Shown here one piece after another: positions 10,491 through 20,365 of a stretch of DNA of 46,342 bases (the first letter of the stretch is position 1; every line of letters starts with the position of its first letter). Source of the DNA: Myxococcota bacterium (lineage in GTDB: Bacteria > Myxococcota > SpSt-1050); NCBI GenBank assembly GCA_049969675.1, contig JBMFOP010000008.1, positions 1-46,342 of the forward strand. Reading direction: 5' to 3'. The notes under the pieces are model-generated. The model did not search any database and was not told where the DNA came from. It worked only from the letters and a program-made list of their open reading frames with translations. Position numbers and translations under genes: made by a program.

Positions 10491-11358
10491 TTAATAGACC
10501 TCTTAGATATTCCCCATATTCAGAGCCTTCATACAGTTTTATAAAATACATAAGTCCTTTTTTACTAATATATCCCTTCCTGTACGCTATCTCTTCAATT
10601 GAGCCAATCTTAAGCCCCTGTCTCTTTTCAATGGTCTCTATAAAATTCTGTGCGTCCAGCATGCTCTGAAAGGTACCCATATCCAGCCAGGCATATCCCC
10701 TCTTAAGAATGGTGAAGGAGACCTTCTTCTTTTTAATGTAGTAATTATTCACATCAGTAATCTCCAGTTCCCCTCTTCTGGATGGTTTGAGGGTCATTGC
10801 GATTTTTACAGCATCATTATCATAGAAATAGATTCCAGTAATTGCATAATTGGAAGGAGGGTTTTTAGGTTTTTCAATAATTTCAATGAGGTTTTTCATT
10901 CTATCAAATCTTGCAATTCCATATCTCTGTGGGTCTTTTACGGGATAACAGAATAGGTGAGCACCGCCGTATTTTTCAACTCTCTCCCTTGCCGATGAGA
11001 GTATCTGCTGTAGATTTGCACCATAAAAGATATTGTCACCAAGTATTAATGCTATAGAATCTCTATCAATAAAGTCTCTCCCAATAATAAGTGCCTCAGC
11101 GATTCCATTTGGCTCCTGCTGGATGGTATAAGAGATTTTCAATCCTAACTCGCTCCCGTCTCTAAATAGTTCTTTAAACCCTGTGATATCTTTGGGGGTA
11201 GAGATTATTAGAATCTCTCTTATCCCTGATAGCATAAGTGTTGAGAGCGGATAGAATATCATAGGTTTATCATATACTGGCATCAACTGCTTTATTACAG
11301 CAAGGGATGCAGGTCTGAGCCTTTTACCATAGCCACCTGCGAGAATTATTCCTCTCAT
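10477..11358 (-). CDS. rfbA: Glucose-1-phosphate thymidylyltransferase
   Basis: MRGIILAGG.G.RL.P, KQLMPVYDKPMI.YPL, LILGDNIFYG, EKP, RGELEITD, AWLDMGT; start set at the ATG with GGAG RBS. Confidence 0.96.
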   Translation of the reverse strand: MRGIILAGGYGKRLRPASLAVIKQLMPVYDKPMIFYPLSTLMLSGIREILIISTPKDITGFKELFRDGSELGLKISYTIQQEPNGIAEALIIGRDFIDRDSIALILGDNIFYGANLQQILSSARERVEKYGGAHLFCYPVKDPQRYGIARFDRMKNLIEIIEKPKNPPSNYAITGIYFYDNDAVKIAMTLKPSRRGELEITDVNNYYIKKKKVSFTILKRGYAWLDMGTFQSMLDAQNFIETIEKRQGLKIGSIEEIAYRKGYISKKGLMYFIKLYEGSEYGEYLRGLLNAGD

Positions 11359-11423
11359 CACTGCTCCAATCACCTTTTTAATACAATGGAATTTCTATTT
11401 CGTCAAAATAAAATGAAAAGGAT

Positions 11424-11453
11424 AAAAAGACCCTTCATAATGGAGGGCCTTTT
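11424..11453 (-). terminator. Intrinsic terminator (possibly bidirectional)
   Basis: On minus strand AAGGCCCTCCA-TTA-TGAAGGGTCTT followed by T tract. Confidence 0.6.
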
Positions 11454-11580
11454 AATATAGAGAATAAAGTTGATTACTTAAACCTAAATTGAGCGATTTT
11501 TTGTTTTGCTGAGGATTGGTAACTTCCACAGAATCAATTTTTTGCCTGTAATTCTCTCTGGATGTGTTAAAGGGCTTCAT
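11452..11580 (-). CDS. Putative 42-aa small ORF
   Basis: GGGAG 7 nt upstream of ATG; MKPFNTSRENYRQKIDSVEVTNPQQNKKSLNLGLSNQLYSLY; stop abuts the terminator. Confidence 0.3.
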   Translation of the reverse strand: MKPFNTSRENYRQKIDSVEVTNPQQNKKSLNLGLSNQLYSLY

Positions 11581-11774
11581 AATAATCTCCCACCTGTTGT
11601 GTGATATTGTGTTAAAGCCCAGACTGTGTTTCTGTCAAATCTTCTCAGCAGGTTAACTCAACAGGTGGATTTTTTCATTTAAGATTAGGTTATAATTATT
11701 TGGTTTTATTGCCATTATTTCTTCTACTTTCATTTAATTACGAACTGATCTTACGATTTTATGCCATCAGCGGT

Positions 11775-11803
11775 ATGATATTCTATGCTCAAACTGCTGT
11801 CAA
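11775..11803 (-). promoter_or_regulatory. Near-consensus sigma70 promoter
   Basis: TTGACA-17 bp-TATCAT on minus strand. Confidence 0.6.
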
Positions 11804-11913
11804 ATAGAATTTATGTGATTTGGGCTATAAAATAGAATAATTTTTTAGTTTACATATCATCAAAAAGTATTGTATATTTTCTACCTCTTAATGAATCCTA
11901 AGGAGAAATATGA

Positions 11914-13347
11914 ATGTGTGGTATATTCGGAGTTTGTGGCTATGAGGAGGCGGCATTAAGTTGCATTCACGGGCTTTATTATCTGCAACATAGAGGTGAG
12001 AAGCAGTGGGGGATCTGCACTACCTCTACGACTGAAAATGATAAATTCAATCTTATAAAGAAGATGGGGAAGGTTGAGGCTACAGAGAATGACATTATGA
12101 AGCTCAAGGGGAATATAGCGATTGGACATGTAAGATATCCAACGGCGGGTCCCGCTGATATGGATAATGCACAGCCTCATATTGTTCTGGATCCACCTTT
12201 AATGTATTGTGCCAATGGAGATATTGTAAACTATACCAGAATTAGAGACAAACTTGAGAAGAAGGGGATATATTTTTCCAGCCACAATGATGGGGAACTG
12301 GAGGCTAAGTATCTGGCATATCTGATTCAGAGAGGGCAGGGCCCTATTGATGCCATAGTTCAGATGATGAATGAGATTGAAGGGGCATTCTCTTCTATTC
12401 TGGTTTATAGAGGGAAGATGTATGCATTTAGAGATAAGATGGGCATAAGACCAATTGTTTATGGGATGCGCAGAAAAAACAGCCATATCTCCTGGATTGT
12501 CAGTTCTGAGAGTTGTGGGCTGGATGTAATTAAGGCGAAATTTGTAGATGAAATAAAGCCGTCTGAGATAGTCGTATTTTCACCCGATAAAGCACCAAAG
12601 GTGTATGATGTCTCAAAGAGGATAAAGAGGCGTATAAAACACTATTCACACTGTGTCTTTGAATGTGTCTATTTTGCAAGGCCAGAGAGCAATATATTTA
12701 ATCTCTCAGTCTATAAATTCAGGAAGCTTTTAGGTAGCTATCTGGCAAGACAGATGACAGATTTAAGATATCAAAATTCTATCGTAGGCTCGGTACCAGA
12801 CTCAAGCAATGTTGCTGCACTCGGATTTCATCAGGAGTCCGGTATCCCTCTTGATTTTATTTTAATCAGACATCACTCTACTGGAAGGACATTTATTGCC
12901 TCAAAAGATGAACGAGAGGAGAAGGTAAGATTAAAATACAACCCGGTGCGTGCAGTAATTAAAGATAAGGATTTATATGTTGTGGATGATTCCATAGTGA
13001 GGGGGACTACCTCCCGTAAGATAGTCAGGATGCTGAAAAATGCAGGTGCAAAGACAGTCAATCTCTGTATATCCTCACCGCCTATTAGATTCCCCTGCTT
13101 TTATGGAATTGACACACCTACAAAGGCTGAACTCATTGCCTCAAATGAGAGGTTGTATAAAGAGGAGGAGATCAGGAAATTTGTAGAGGCAGATAGACTT
13201 GAATATCTGACCATTGAAAACTTAAAGAATGTAATACGGGATTCGGGTGGAAATCCAGATGACTTCTGCTTTGCCTGTATGGATGGGAAATATCCAACGC
13301 GATTGCCTAACTATAAAAAGTCAAGTTCCAGAGGGCATTATAAGTGA
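11914..13347 (+). CDS. purF: Amidophosphoribosyltransferase ([4Fe-4S] type)
   Basis: N-terminal MCGIFG, LQHRG, IGHVRY, CVFECVYFARP, VVDDSIVRGTT, PCFYGID, FCFAC. Confidence 0.97.
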   Translation: MCGIFGVCGYEEAALSCIHGLYYLQHRGEKQWGICTTSTTENDKFNLIKKMGKVEATENDIMKLKGNIAIGHVRYPTAGPADMDNAQPHIVLDPPLMYCANGDIVNYTRIRDKLEKKGIYFSSHNDGELEAKYLAYLIQRGQGPIDAIVQMMNEIEGAFSSILVYRGKMYAFRDKMGIRPIVYGMRRKNSHISWIVSSESCGLDVIKAKFVDEIKPSEIVVFSPDKAPKVYDVSKRIKRRIKHYSHCVFECVYFARPESNIFNLSVYKFRKLLGSYLARQMTDLRYQNSIVGSVPDSSNVAALGFHQESGIPLDFILIRHHSTGRTFIASKDEREEKVRLKYNPVRAVIKDKDLYVVDDSIVRGTTSRKIVRMLKNAGAKTVNLCISSPPIRFPCFYGIDTPTKAELIASNERLYKEEEIRKFVEADRLEYLTIENLKNVIRDSGGNPDDFCFACMDGKYPTRLPNYKKSSSRGHYK

Positions 13348-13380
13348 GAGTTAAGTAGTAAATATTTTAGTTTGAAACAC

Positions 13381-13661
13381 ATCTGTCCAAAATAATTTTT
13401 TTTTAATATGGAAGCTTCAGTATGGTAAAATTTTTTTGTAAAATAAAAATCCTGAAAAGAGTCCCCCTATAAATCAATATAGCAACATTTTTGGATAAAT
13501 CCTTATTTTACAAATATTTAACTCCTCAAATCAGATTATTCTGGACAGCGGTGATATAATTACAAAATCTTTTTTAATCATCTACACAGTCATGCTTCAA
13601 TTCTATAATTTGTTATGTAATCTAAATATCAGTCGTCGGATTTGGAAACATCTTCTGATTC
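13381..13661. repeat. Copy 1 of dispersed degenerate element with inverted ends
   Basis: 13498-13661 aligns to 46078-46241 (about 80% by eye); CTGTCCAAAATAATTT (13383) is a 14/16 inverted match to AGATTATTCTGGACAG (13533). Confidence 0.75.
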
Positions 13662-13872
13662 GTCCCTTTCAGTCTGTCTCTAACTATGTAGATTGATATC
13701 TCAACTGATCTTCTGCTCTCAAAGCGCCCTCCGTTTTCTATTCTCAATGTCTCAGGTATTGAATTTACACTCTCGTACGGGTTGGTTGTGTATATATGTA
13801 AGTGCACAAGTCTGATTATGAGGTGCGTTTTATATTTGCAATTGCTTTTTGAATCTGTAAAATCATTAACCT

Positions 13873-16716
13873 ATGTTTTTTAAACGATATCTACTTCTTT
13901 GCGTGATTATTCTAATATCTATTAAATTGTTTGCTTTTGAACCGTGGAAGAGATGGTATACTATAAAGACAGAGCATTTTAATATCCATTTCTACGAGGG
14001 GGAGGAGAAGGTAGCGGATAAGATTGCCCATATCTCAGAAGAGGTCTATTCTATTATAACAAACTGGTTTGGGAGTAAACCATCTGAAAAAGTGGAGGTT
14101 GTGATTACTGATGATACAGATAGCACAAATGGTTTTACATCTGTGGTACCATATAACAGGATACATCTCTTTGTTCGTCCGCCAGCCGCATTTTCATCCT
14201 TAAATGATCATGATGACTGGTTATATGCACTGTTTCTACACGAATTCATACATATTGTACATCTGGATATGTATTATGGGTTTTATGCACTTTATAATAC
14301 TATATTCGGGAAGACCCTTATCCCCAATGCAGCACAGCCCGATTGGTTTATAGAGGGGATTGCCACTTATGGAGAGACCCGATTCTCGGGTGGAGGTAGA
14401 GTGAGGAGTTCAATCTACAGGATGTACTTACGTACAGCGGTTTTAGAGGATGATTTTAAGCCTATAGATGTGATTTCAAATGGAACTTATGAATGGCCTC
14501 AGGGGACGGTATTTTATCTATATGGCTCTTTCTTCCTGGACTATATTGCACGCACTTACGGAGAGGAGGCACTCAAAGATATATCTAAGGAATATGCAAG
14601 GAGGTTGATTCCATATCAGATGAATAAGATTGCAAAGAGATATACTGGCAGGACATATCTTGAATTGTACAATGACTTTTACAATGAATTGAGGAACGAG
14701 GTGGAGACAATTGAACAGAGCGTTAGAGAGGAGCCGGTTACCATTTTTGAGAAGATAACTGATAGTGCACAGGGGCATAGAAATTTGAGAGTGGATGGAG
14801 ATTTTTTATACTATTATGAGGCATCACTATACGATTATCCACATATTTACAGATATAATCTCTCCAACCAAAGTAAGGAGAAGGTACTCAAATCCTATGG
14901 CGGGGGGGAGTTTGATATCAAAGATGGTATTATGATTTATATTGAGACCGTGCTTCATAATCAGTTTAATGACTATACAGACCTATTTTTGTATAACCTC
15001 AATAGCGGTGAGAAGAGAAGACTTACCTATGGTCTGAGGGCAGATTATCCAGCCATCTCTCCTGATAAGAGAAGTGTGGCATTTGTGAAGAAAGATTTAT
15101 TAAATTCAAAGATTGGGCTTTTAAATCTCTCAAATGGCAAAATAGAGTACATATATGAATCACCAGAATATGCCGAGATCTCAAATCTCAGATATGCACC
15201 TCTCTCCGATGTTCTTACATTTTCAATGTGGAATAGAAATGAGAGGGATATATATCTCTTTTATGTCAAAGAGAAGAGAGTTGAGAGGATTACAGCAGAT
15301 ACTGCGATAGACCTTCAACCAACATTTTCCTATGATGGTAAATTCTTATATTTTGCATCTGATAGAAGTGGAATTTATAATTTGTATCAATTTAATATTG
15401 AAACGAGAGAGCTTAAACGGATAACAAATACCTTGACGGGTTATTTCTCTCCGGAAGTTACAAAGGATAATAGAATCTTTGCGCTTATCTTTGGAGCAAA
15501 GGGATATGATGTATGTGAGATTGAGAGTGTAGATATTGTATATGAAGAAAGACAATTCTATCGTACCGAGAGATTCCCTGTAATTCTACAACCACCTAAA
15601 GAGTATGAGAAGAGTAAATTTTCAAGTTTCCCTGCGGTTTTACCAAAGTCTTTCAAGCCAAAGACTGGAGTAGGTGATGCAGGAGATTTTTATGGAATTT
15701 CAGTCTCTGGCTCAGATCCCATAGGTAGGAATAGTTTTGACTTTGATATCTCCTATGCTCCCGATAAAAAGAAGTTATATTACAACTTTATATATGGGCT
15801 TAGATATTTTTATCCTTATTTACAATTTGAGTCCTATAAGGATTTTTACAGACTTGGAGATGTGCAGTATATAAATGGTCTGGCAGTGGAGTATTATGAG
15901 GACAATCTCACATTTAAGTTCAAGATAGGAATACCTCTATCTTCATACAGGGTTTATAGGTCTCTGGATTTAAGTTATACATATCAGTTTCTGAGCGGGA
16001 AGAAGAGCTATGACTTTCACCCTAATGATACAGTCCCAATCTTTCCCAGAGAAGGAAATAAGGCATCACTCGGACTTTCATTTTATATCTCAACGGTTAG
16101 AGGTTATGGTAAGTCAATAAGTTCAGAGGAGGGGACGAGATTTAGCATTGATTTGAAGTACTACAATAGCCTGATTGGTTCAGCATTTGATATTTATTCT
16201 GCTGAATTCGGAACAGGTCTTTATTTGAAAAATCCATTGATGAGAAGGCATATAAACGCCTTTCAGTTAAATTATGGATTATCCGGGGGCGAACTCTATA
16301 AGAGGAGGCTTTTTTATCTGGGTTCAGTTCCCTCGCGTGATTTAATCCTTGATCTAATAGATGATGTCAGGGTAGGCGGGACACATCTGAGGGGATTCAG
16401 TCCTTATTCAATATCTGGTGAGAGATATATCCTTTTGAATTATGAATATAGATTTCCAATTCTGGATATTGACAGGGGGTTTGAATTGCTCCCCATATTT
16501 TTCAACAGGATGTATGCGGCAATTTTTATAGATGCAGGGAATGCCTACGATGATAGATATCTCCCTCAAAATTTACTTCTCGGAGCCGGTATGGAGTTGA
16601 GGTCCGATTTTAGATTCGGCTTTTATATCCCTGCGACACTTAGAATAGGGTATGCACAGGGGCTGAATGGAGATAGTAAGACACAGCTTTACTGGGTGTT
16701 CGGATTCCAGTTTTAA
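13873..16716 (+). CDS. Omp85/BamA-family protein with N-terminal HExxH metallopeptidase-like domain and TolB/PD40 propeller
   Basis: Signal peptide; LHEFIH...WFIEGIATY; PAISPD and PTFSYDGKFLYFASDRSG repeats; LRGF, EYRFP, FIDAGNA, terminal FGFQF. Confidence 0.88.
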   Translation: MFFKRYLLLCVIILISIKLFAFEPWKRWYTIKTEHFNIHFYEGEEKVADKIAHISEEVYSIITNWFGSKPSEKVEVVITDDTDSTNGFTSVVPYNRIHLFVRPPAAFSSLNDHDDWLYALFLHEFIHIVHLDMYYGFYALYNTIFGKTLIPNAAQPDWFIEGIATYGETRFSGGGRVRSSIYRMYLRTAVLEDDFKPIDVISNGTYEWPQGTVFYLYGSFFLDYIARTYGEEALKDISKEYARRLIPYQMNKIAKRYTGRTYLELYNDFYNELRNEVETIEQSVREEPVTIFEKITDSAQGHRNLRVDGDFLYYYEASLYDYPHIYRYNLSNQSKEKVLKSYGGGEFDIKDGIMIYIETVLHNQFNDYTDLFLYNLNSGEKRRLTYGLRADYPAISPDKRSVAFVKKDLLNSKIGLLNLSNGKIEYIYESPEYAEISNLRYAPLSDVLTFSMWNRNERDIYLFYVKEKRVERITADTAIDLQPTFSYDGKFLYFASDRSGIYNLYQFNIETRELKRITNTLTGYFSPEVTKDNRIFALIFGAKGYDVCEIESVDIVYEERQFYRTERFPVILQPPKEYEKSKFSSFPAVLPKSFKPKTGVGDAGDFYGISVSGSDPIGRNSFDFDISYAPDKKKLYYNFIYGLRYFYPYLQFESYKDFYRLGDVQYINGLAVEYYEDNLTFKFKIGIPLSSYRVYRSLDLSYTYQFLSGKKSYDFHPNDTVPIFPREGNKASLGLSFYISTVRGYGKSISSEEGTRFSIDLKYYNSLIGSAFDIYSAEFGTGLYLKNPLMRRHINAFQLNYGLSGGELYKRRLFYLGSVPSRDLILDLIDDVRVGGTHLRGFSPYSISGERYILLNYEYRFPILDIDRGFELLPIFFNRMYAAIFIDAGNAYDDRYLPQNLLLGAGMELRSDFRFGFYIPATLRIGYAQGLNGDSKTQLYWVFGFQF

Positions 16717-16776
16717 TACTTTATGATGCAATCCACAATATTTGATTTTGAAACTCAACCGTTTTGTATTATATAA

Positions 16777-17817
16777 ATGAAATCTATGGATATCAGTCTA
16801 TTTGATTTCAATCTGCCATCCTCTCTTATTGCACAGTTCCCATCAGAGAGGAGAGATGAATCGCGACTTATGATAGTGGATAGAGCAAGTCAGAAGATAA
16901 GGCATTCAATTTTCAGGGATATAGTGAATGAATTGGATGAAAATAGTCTTTTAATACTCAACAACTCAAAGGTAATGAATAGCAGGTTAAAAGGGGAGAG
17001 GAAGGGGAGGGGTAGGTGCGAGGTATTTGTTCATAAAGTTCTAAATTCAACCGAATTTCTTGCCTTATTGATGCCGCATAAAAAATTTAAAGAGGGGGAT
17101 AGAATATTACTTGACGGTGGATATGAACTGGAGATTCTTCAACTGGATAGAGAGAATATTTCAAACAGGATAAGGGTCTTAAATGATATTTCTATCTATG
17201 ATGTTATGAAGGAGATTGGACATATCCCGCTCCCCCCGTATATAAAGAGGGCTGATATCAAAGAGATTGATGGGAATCGCTATCAGACCATCTATGCAGA
17301 GAGGGAGGGGGCAGTTGCGGCCCCTACGGCCGGTCTCCATTTTACTGAAGATATTTTCAGGTCGCTCTCGCAGAGAAATATAGGTTATGAATTTGTCACC
17401 CTCTATGTTGGAATCGGGACATTTGCTCCTGTGAGAGTAAAGAATATCCTTAAGCATAAGATGCACAGTGAGGATTATGAGATATCCAGTAGCACAGCAG
17501 AAAAGATAAATTCTCACCTGAATAAAAATGGACGGATAGTTGCAGTTGGAACTACAACTGTCAGGACGATTGAATCAAACTATCTCCTGAATAATAAGAT
17601 TACAGAAGGTAAATTTTCGACAGATTTGTTTATCTATCCATCTTTTAAGTTTAATGTGACAGATTCAATGATTACAAACTTTCATCTTCCAAAATCTACC
17701 CTCTTTATGCTCGTATGTGCATTTGCAGGAAGGGAGCTAATGCTTTATGCCTATAATGAGGCAATTAAAGAGAGATATAGATTCTTTAGCTATGGAGATG
17801 CGATGCTGATAATATGA
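16777..17817 (+). CDS. queA: S-adenosylmethionine:tRNA ribosyltransferase-isomerase
   Basis: FDFNLP..LIAQFP, GHIPLPPYI, YQTIYA, AAPTAGLHF, VGTTTVR, TNFHLPKSTL, YRFFSYGDAM. Confidence 0.98.
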   Translation: MKSMDISLFDFNLPSSLIAQFPSERRDESRLMIVDRASQKIRHSIFRDIVNELDENSLLILNNSKVMNSRLKGERKGRGRCEVFVHKVLNSTEFLALLMPHKKFKEGDRILLDGGYELEILQLDRENISNRIRVLNDISIYDVMKEIGHIPLPPYIKRADIKEIDGNRYQTIYAEREGAVAAPTAGLHFTEDIFRSLSQRNIGYEFVTLYVGIGTFAPVRVKNILKHKMHSEDYEISSSTAEKINSHLNKNGRIVAVGTTTVRTIESNYLLNNKITEGKFSTDLFIYPSFKFNVTDSMITNFHLPKSTLFMLVCAFAGRELMLYAYNEAIKERYRFFSYGDAMLII

Positions 17818-17833
17818 AATGGAAGGAGATGAT

Positions 17834-19744
17834 ATGAAGAGTAAGGAGCAGGAGATAAAAAGAGATTTTTCTTATATTTTTGCCGGTACTATTGTAATAT
17901 TAATTGTCCTTTTCTCAAACGGTCCATTCGGCTTTTTACCCATAAATATCTCTATATTTATTGCATTGATATTGGGTTATGGCTGGTTTAGAATTTATTT
18001 TACTTCCTTTGACGAGATGATTCAGAAAGATGGGAGGAGGATTGAATTATTTGCTGTAATACTTCTATTCTTCTTCTGGTTTTTAATGAAGGTCTTCTGT
18101 ATTCACCCATCTACAACAGATGAGAATATCTACTTTTATATGGCAAAGAGATTTTCAGAAGGGCTTATCCCATATAGAGACTTCTTCTTTGCACACCCAC
18201 CGATGCATCTAATCATTCCAGCTATTGTATTCAGGACATTTGGCTTTAATATCGTAATTGCAAAGCTTATTCCTGTAATGGCATCTTTGATTTCTGGTAT
18301 CTTTTTGTACAGATTATTAAGAACTCTCTCGGGAGTAATTGTGGCACTTTCAGGATTGATATATTATCTCTTTGCCTATCAGGTGCTTATGGCATCTTCT
18401 GATATGACCGGGGTAAATCTTACAATAATGTTTCTATCTATCTCTGTCTATTATCTCTTTGTAAATAAGCCTATTCTATCAGGCATATTTTCGGCATTTG
18501 CTCTATCCTGTGGGCTATACTCCGCTGCTGCATTGCTTGTGATTTTTATTTATCTTTTAATTATGAGAGATTTACGTTCCTTTGCAAAATATTTGATTGC
18601 AACAGTTCTACTGCTATTTATTATCTTTGGTTCATTCTACATAATTGGTAGAGAGAATTTTATTCTTGGAGTATTTAAGTATCATACATTAAAACCAGAG
18701 AAGATCCCCGATAGAATTGATATATTCTCAACCCTGAATCCACTTAAAATAATCTATGGGAGTTTTGTGAATACACTCAATTTCCTCTCTGGTAGAGAAT
18801 TTTTAAAATCTATATATTTTCATTCGCCGTTATATATATCTTTTGTAATGGTATCTGCTTATTTTATTGTATATGGGATCAAGGACTTTATAAGGAGAAA
18901 GAATTTAAGAGAGCCGCCTTTTTACAGAATTTATAGAGTGATTGGATTTTCAATTCTGGCATTTTTATTGTTTTCAGTTCAGTATTCATCTCTCAGAGAG
19001 CTATATGATTTTTATCTAATTTTCCTTTTCTATTTTATGGCTATTGCTTCTGCATATCTGATGAAATATCTATACGAACTACCAGAGAAGATGAACTTCT
19101 GGAGTGCATCTATTCTCACTATAGCAATCCTGATTGTTTTGATGATGTATAAGCCGATCTCAATCTCACTGGACAAACCACTATTTGGAGGAGATATTAA
19201 AAAGGATGGAGAGAGAGTAGAATATCAATATAACGAGCCACATTTTATTGGCTTCATCTCTGATCTGTCCCACCTTCTCTATTACAAAGATTATAGGATT
19301 GTAGGAAAGATAGAGCCATTTTACAGACATTATATCTGGAATAAGAATCTCTCATTTGAAAGGGCTTACGAAATAGCAGATTATATTAAATCTAATTCCA
19401 GAGAATATGAGACGATTACAGGTGCATCAACGATTGCCCCGCTTCTGGCATTGTTGTCAAACAGGAGGATATCGGCAGAGGAGATTGATACTAATGCAAA
19501 GAGATTTAAAAGTGGTCTGCTCACAGATGAGGAGTTCTTCAGGAAGGTCTGCTCTGATAACCTGAGATATCTTGTAGTCTCTGCAAGGTCATACTTCAGT
19601 GAACGATATGTCGGACATAGTGATTTTTTAAGGAACTCTTTTGTTGAAGAGAAGAGATATAGCGACCCCTCGGCACAGCATTTTAAGCCTCTTGATGTAT
19701 ATTTATTAAAACCGGCTTTTGCAGGTTGTGGATTGAATAAGTAA
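17834..19744 (+). CDS. GT-C type membrane glycosyltransferase (ArnT/PMT-like)
   Basis: TDENIY...GLIPYRDFFFAHPP acidic loop motif, many TM helices; ATG at 17834 has GGAG RBS. Confidence 0.75.
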   Translation: MKSKEQEIKRDFSYIFAGTIVILIVLFSNGPFGFLPINISIFIALILGYGWFRIYFTSFDEMIQKDGRRIELFAVILLFFFWFLMKVFCIHPSTTDENIYFYMAKRFSEGLIPYRDFFFAHPPMHLIIPAIVFRTFGFNIVIAKLIPVMASLISGIFLYRLLRTLSGVIVALSGLIYYLFAYQVLMASSDMTGVNLTIMFLSISVYYLFVNKPILSGIFSAFALSCGLYSAAALLVIFIYLLIMRDLRSFAKYLIATVLLLFIIFGSFYIIGRENFILGVFKYHTLKPEKIPDRIDIFSTLNPLKIIYGSFVNTLNFLSGREFLKSIYFHSPLYISFVMVSAYFIVYGIKDFIRRKNLREPPFYRIYRVIGFSILAFLLFSVQYSSLRELYDFYLIFLFYFMAIASAYLMKYLYELPEKMNFWSASILTIAILIVLMMYKPISISLDKPLFGGDIKKDGERVEYQYNEPHFIGFISDLSHLLYYKDYRIVGKIEPFYRHYIWNKNLSFERAYEIADYIKSNSREYETITGASTIAPLLALLSNRRISAEEIDTNAKRFKSGLLTDEEFFRKVCSDNLRYLVVSARSYFSERYVGHSDFLRNSFVEEKRYSDPSAQHFKPLDVYLLKPAFAGCGLNK

Positions 19745-19749
19745 GAGAT

Positions 19750-20238
19750 TTACTGCTTAATATCAGGGCCTCTAATGGTTGAAAAATTTCCTATTTCAAT
19801 TAAAGATGTCTCCTGCTCCACGATCTTCTCTATAACGCCATCCTTTACAATAATCTCTGCACCGGCTATCTTTTTGTACAGGTCATCTCCCAGTCTTACC
19901 TCAACTTCGCCTTCAATCTGCCCCTGTGGATAGAGCGTCCCGTATACCAACCTCTCGGCTTCTACAATCTTTGCATTCAGCTCCTCAAGTCCAGCAGTAT
20001 ATCTCTCTTTTGTCTCGGCAAGCTGACTTTCTATCATCTGTGCTCTCATAAGGTCTCCACTCTGTTTGATCTGGTCAAGATATACCCTTGCCTCACTCTC
20101 TATCTGCATAATTTGAATGTTTATATTTTCCCGAGTCTTTTTCAACTCGCTCAAGAGAGCCTTCTTAAAATTCTCTGTAACTATTGCCTTTACAGTAATG
20201 ATTCTCTTAATCTTGATCTTATCAACCTCTTTATCCAT
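19750..20238 (-). CDS. YlqD family protein
   Basis: IKRIITVKAIVTE.FK, coiled-coil middle, QGQIEGEVEV.LGD, EIIVKDGVI; GGAGG before ATG 20238. Confidence 0.8.
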   Translation of the reverse strand: MDKEVDKIKIKRIITVKAIVTENFKKALLSELKKTRENINIQIMQIESEARVYLDQIKQSGDLMRAQMIESQLAETKERYTAGLEELNAKIVEAERLVYGTLYPQGQIEGEVEVRLGDDLYKKIAGAEIIVKDGVIEKIVEQETSLIEIGNFSTIRGPDIKQ

Positions 20239-20365
20239 ACTTCCTCCCTGGATGCAGAAACCTAACATTTTATGTCATAAGAGTCAATCAATAAAACTAC
20301 AGAATCTTAGTATTTGAATTTTTATTTAATAGATGATAGGAAAAATATAAGTGAGGAGAGATAGA

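Noticed and set aside
11424..11770. tmRNA, RNase P RNA or purine/PRPP riboswitch upstream of purF
   Set aside because: No tRNA-like ends, no GAGGAAAGTCC, and no aptamer consensus recognised
13622..13807. 61-aa ORF as a functional gene
   Set aside because: GTG start without RBS and overlaps the degenerate repeat; treated as a possible relic only
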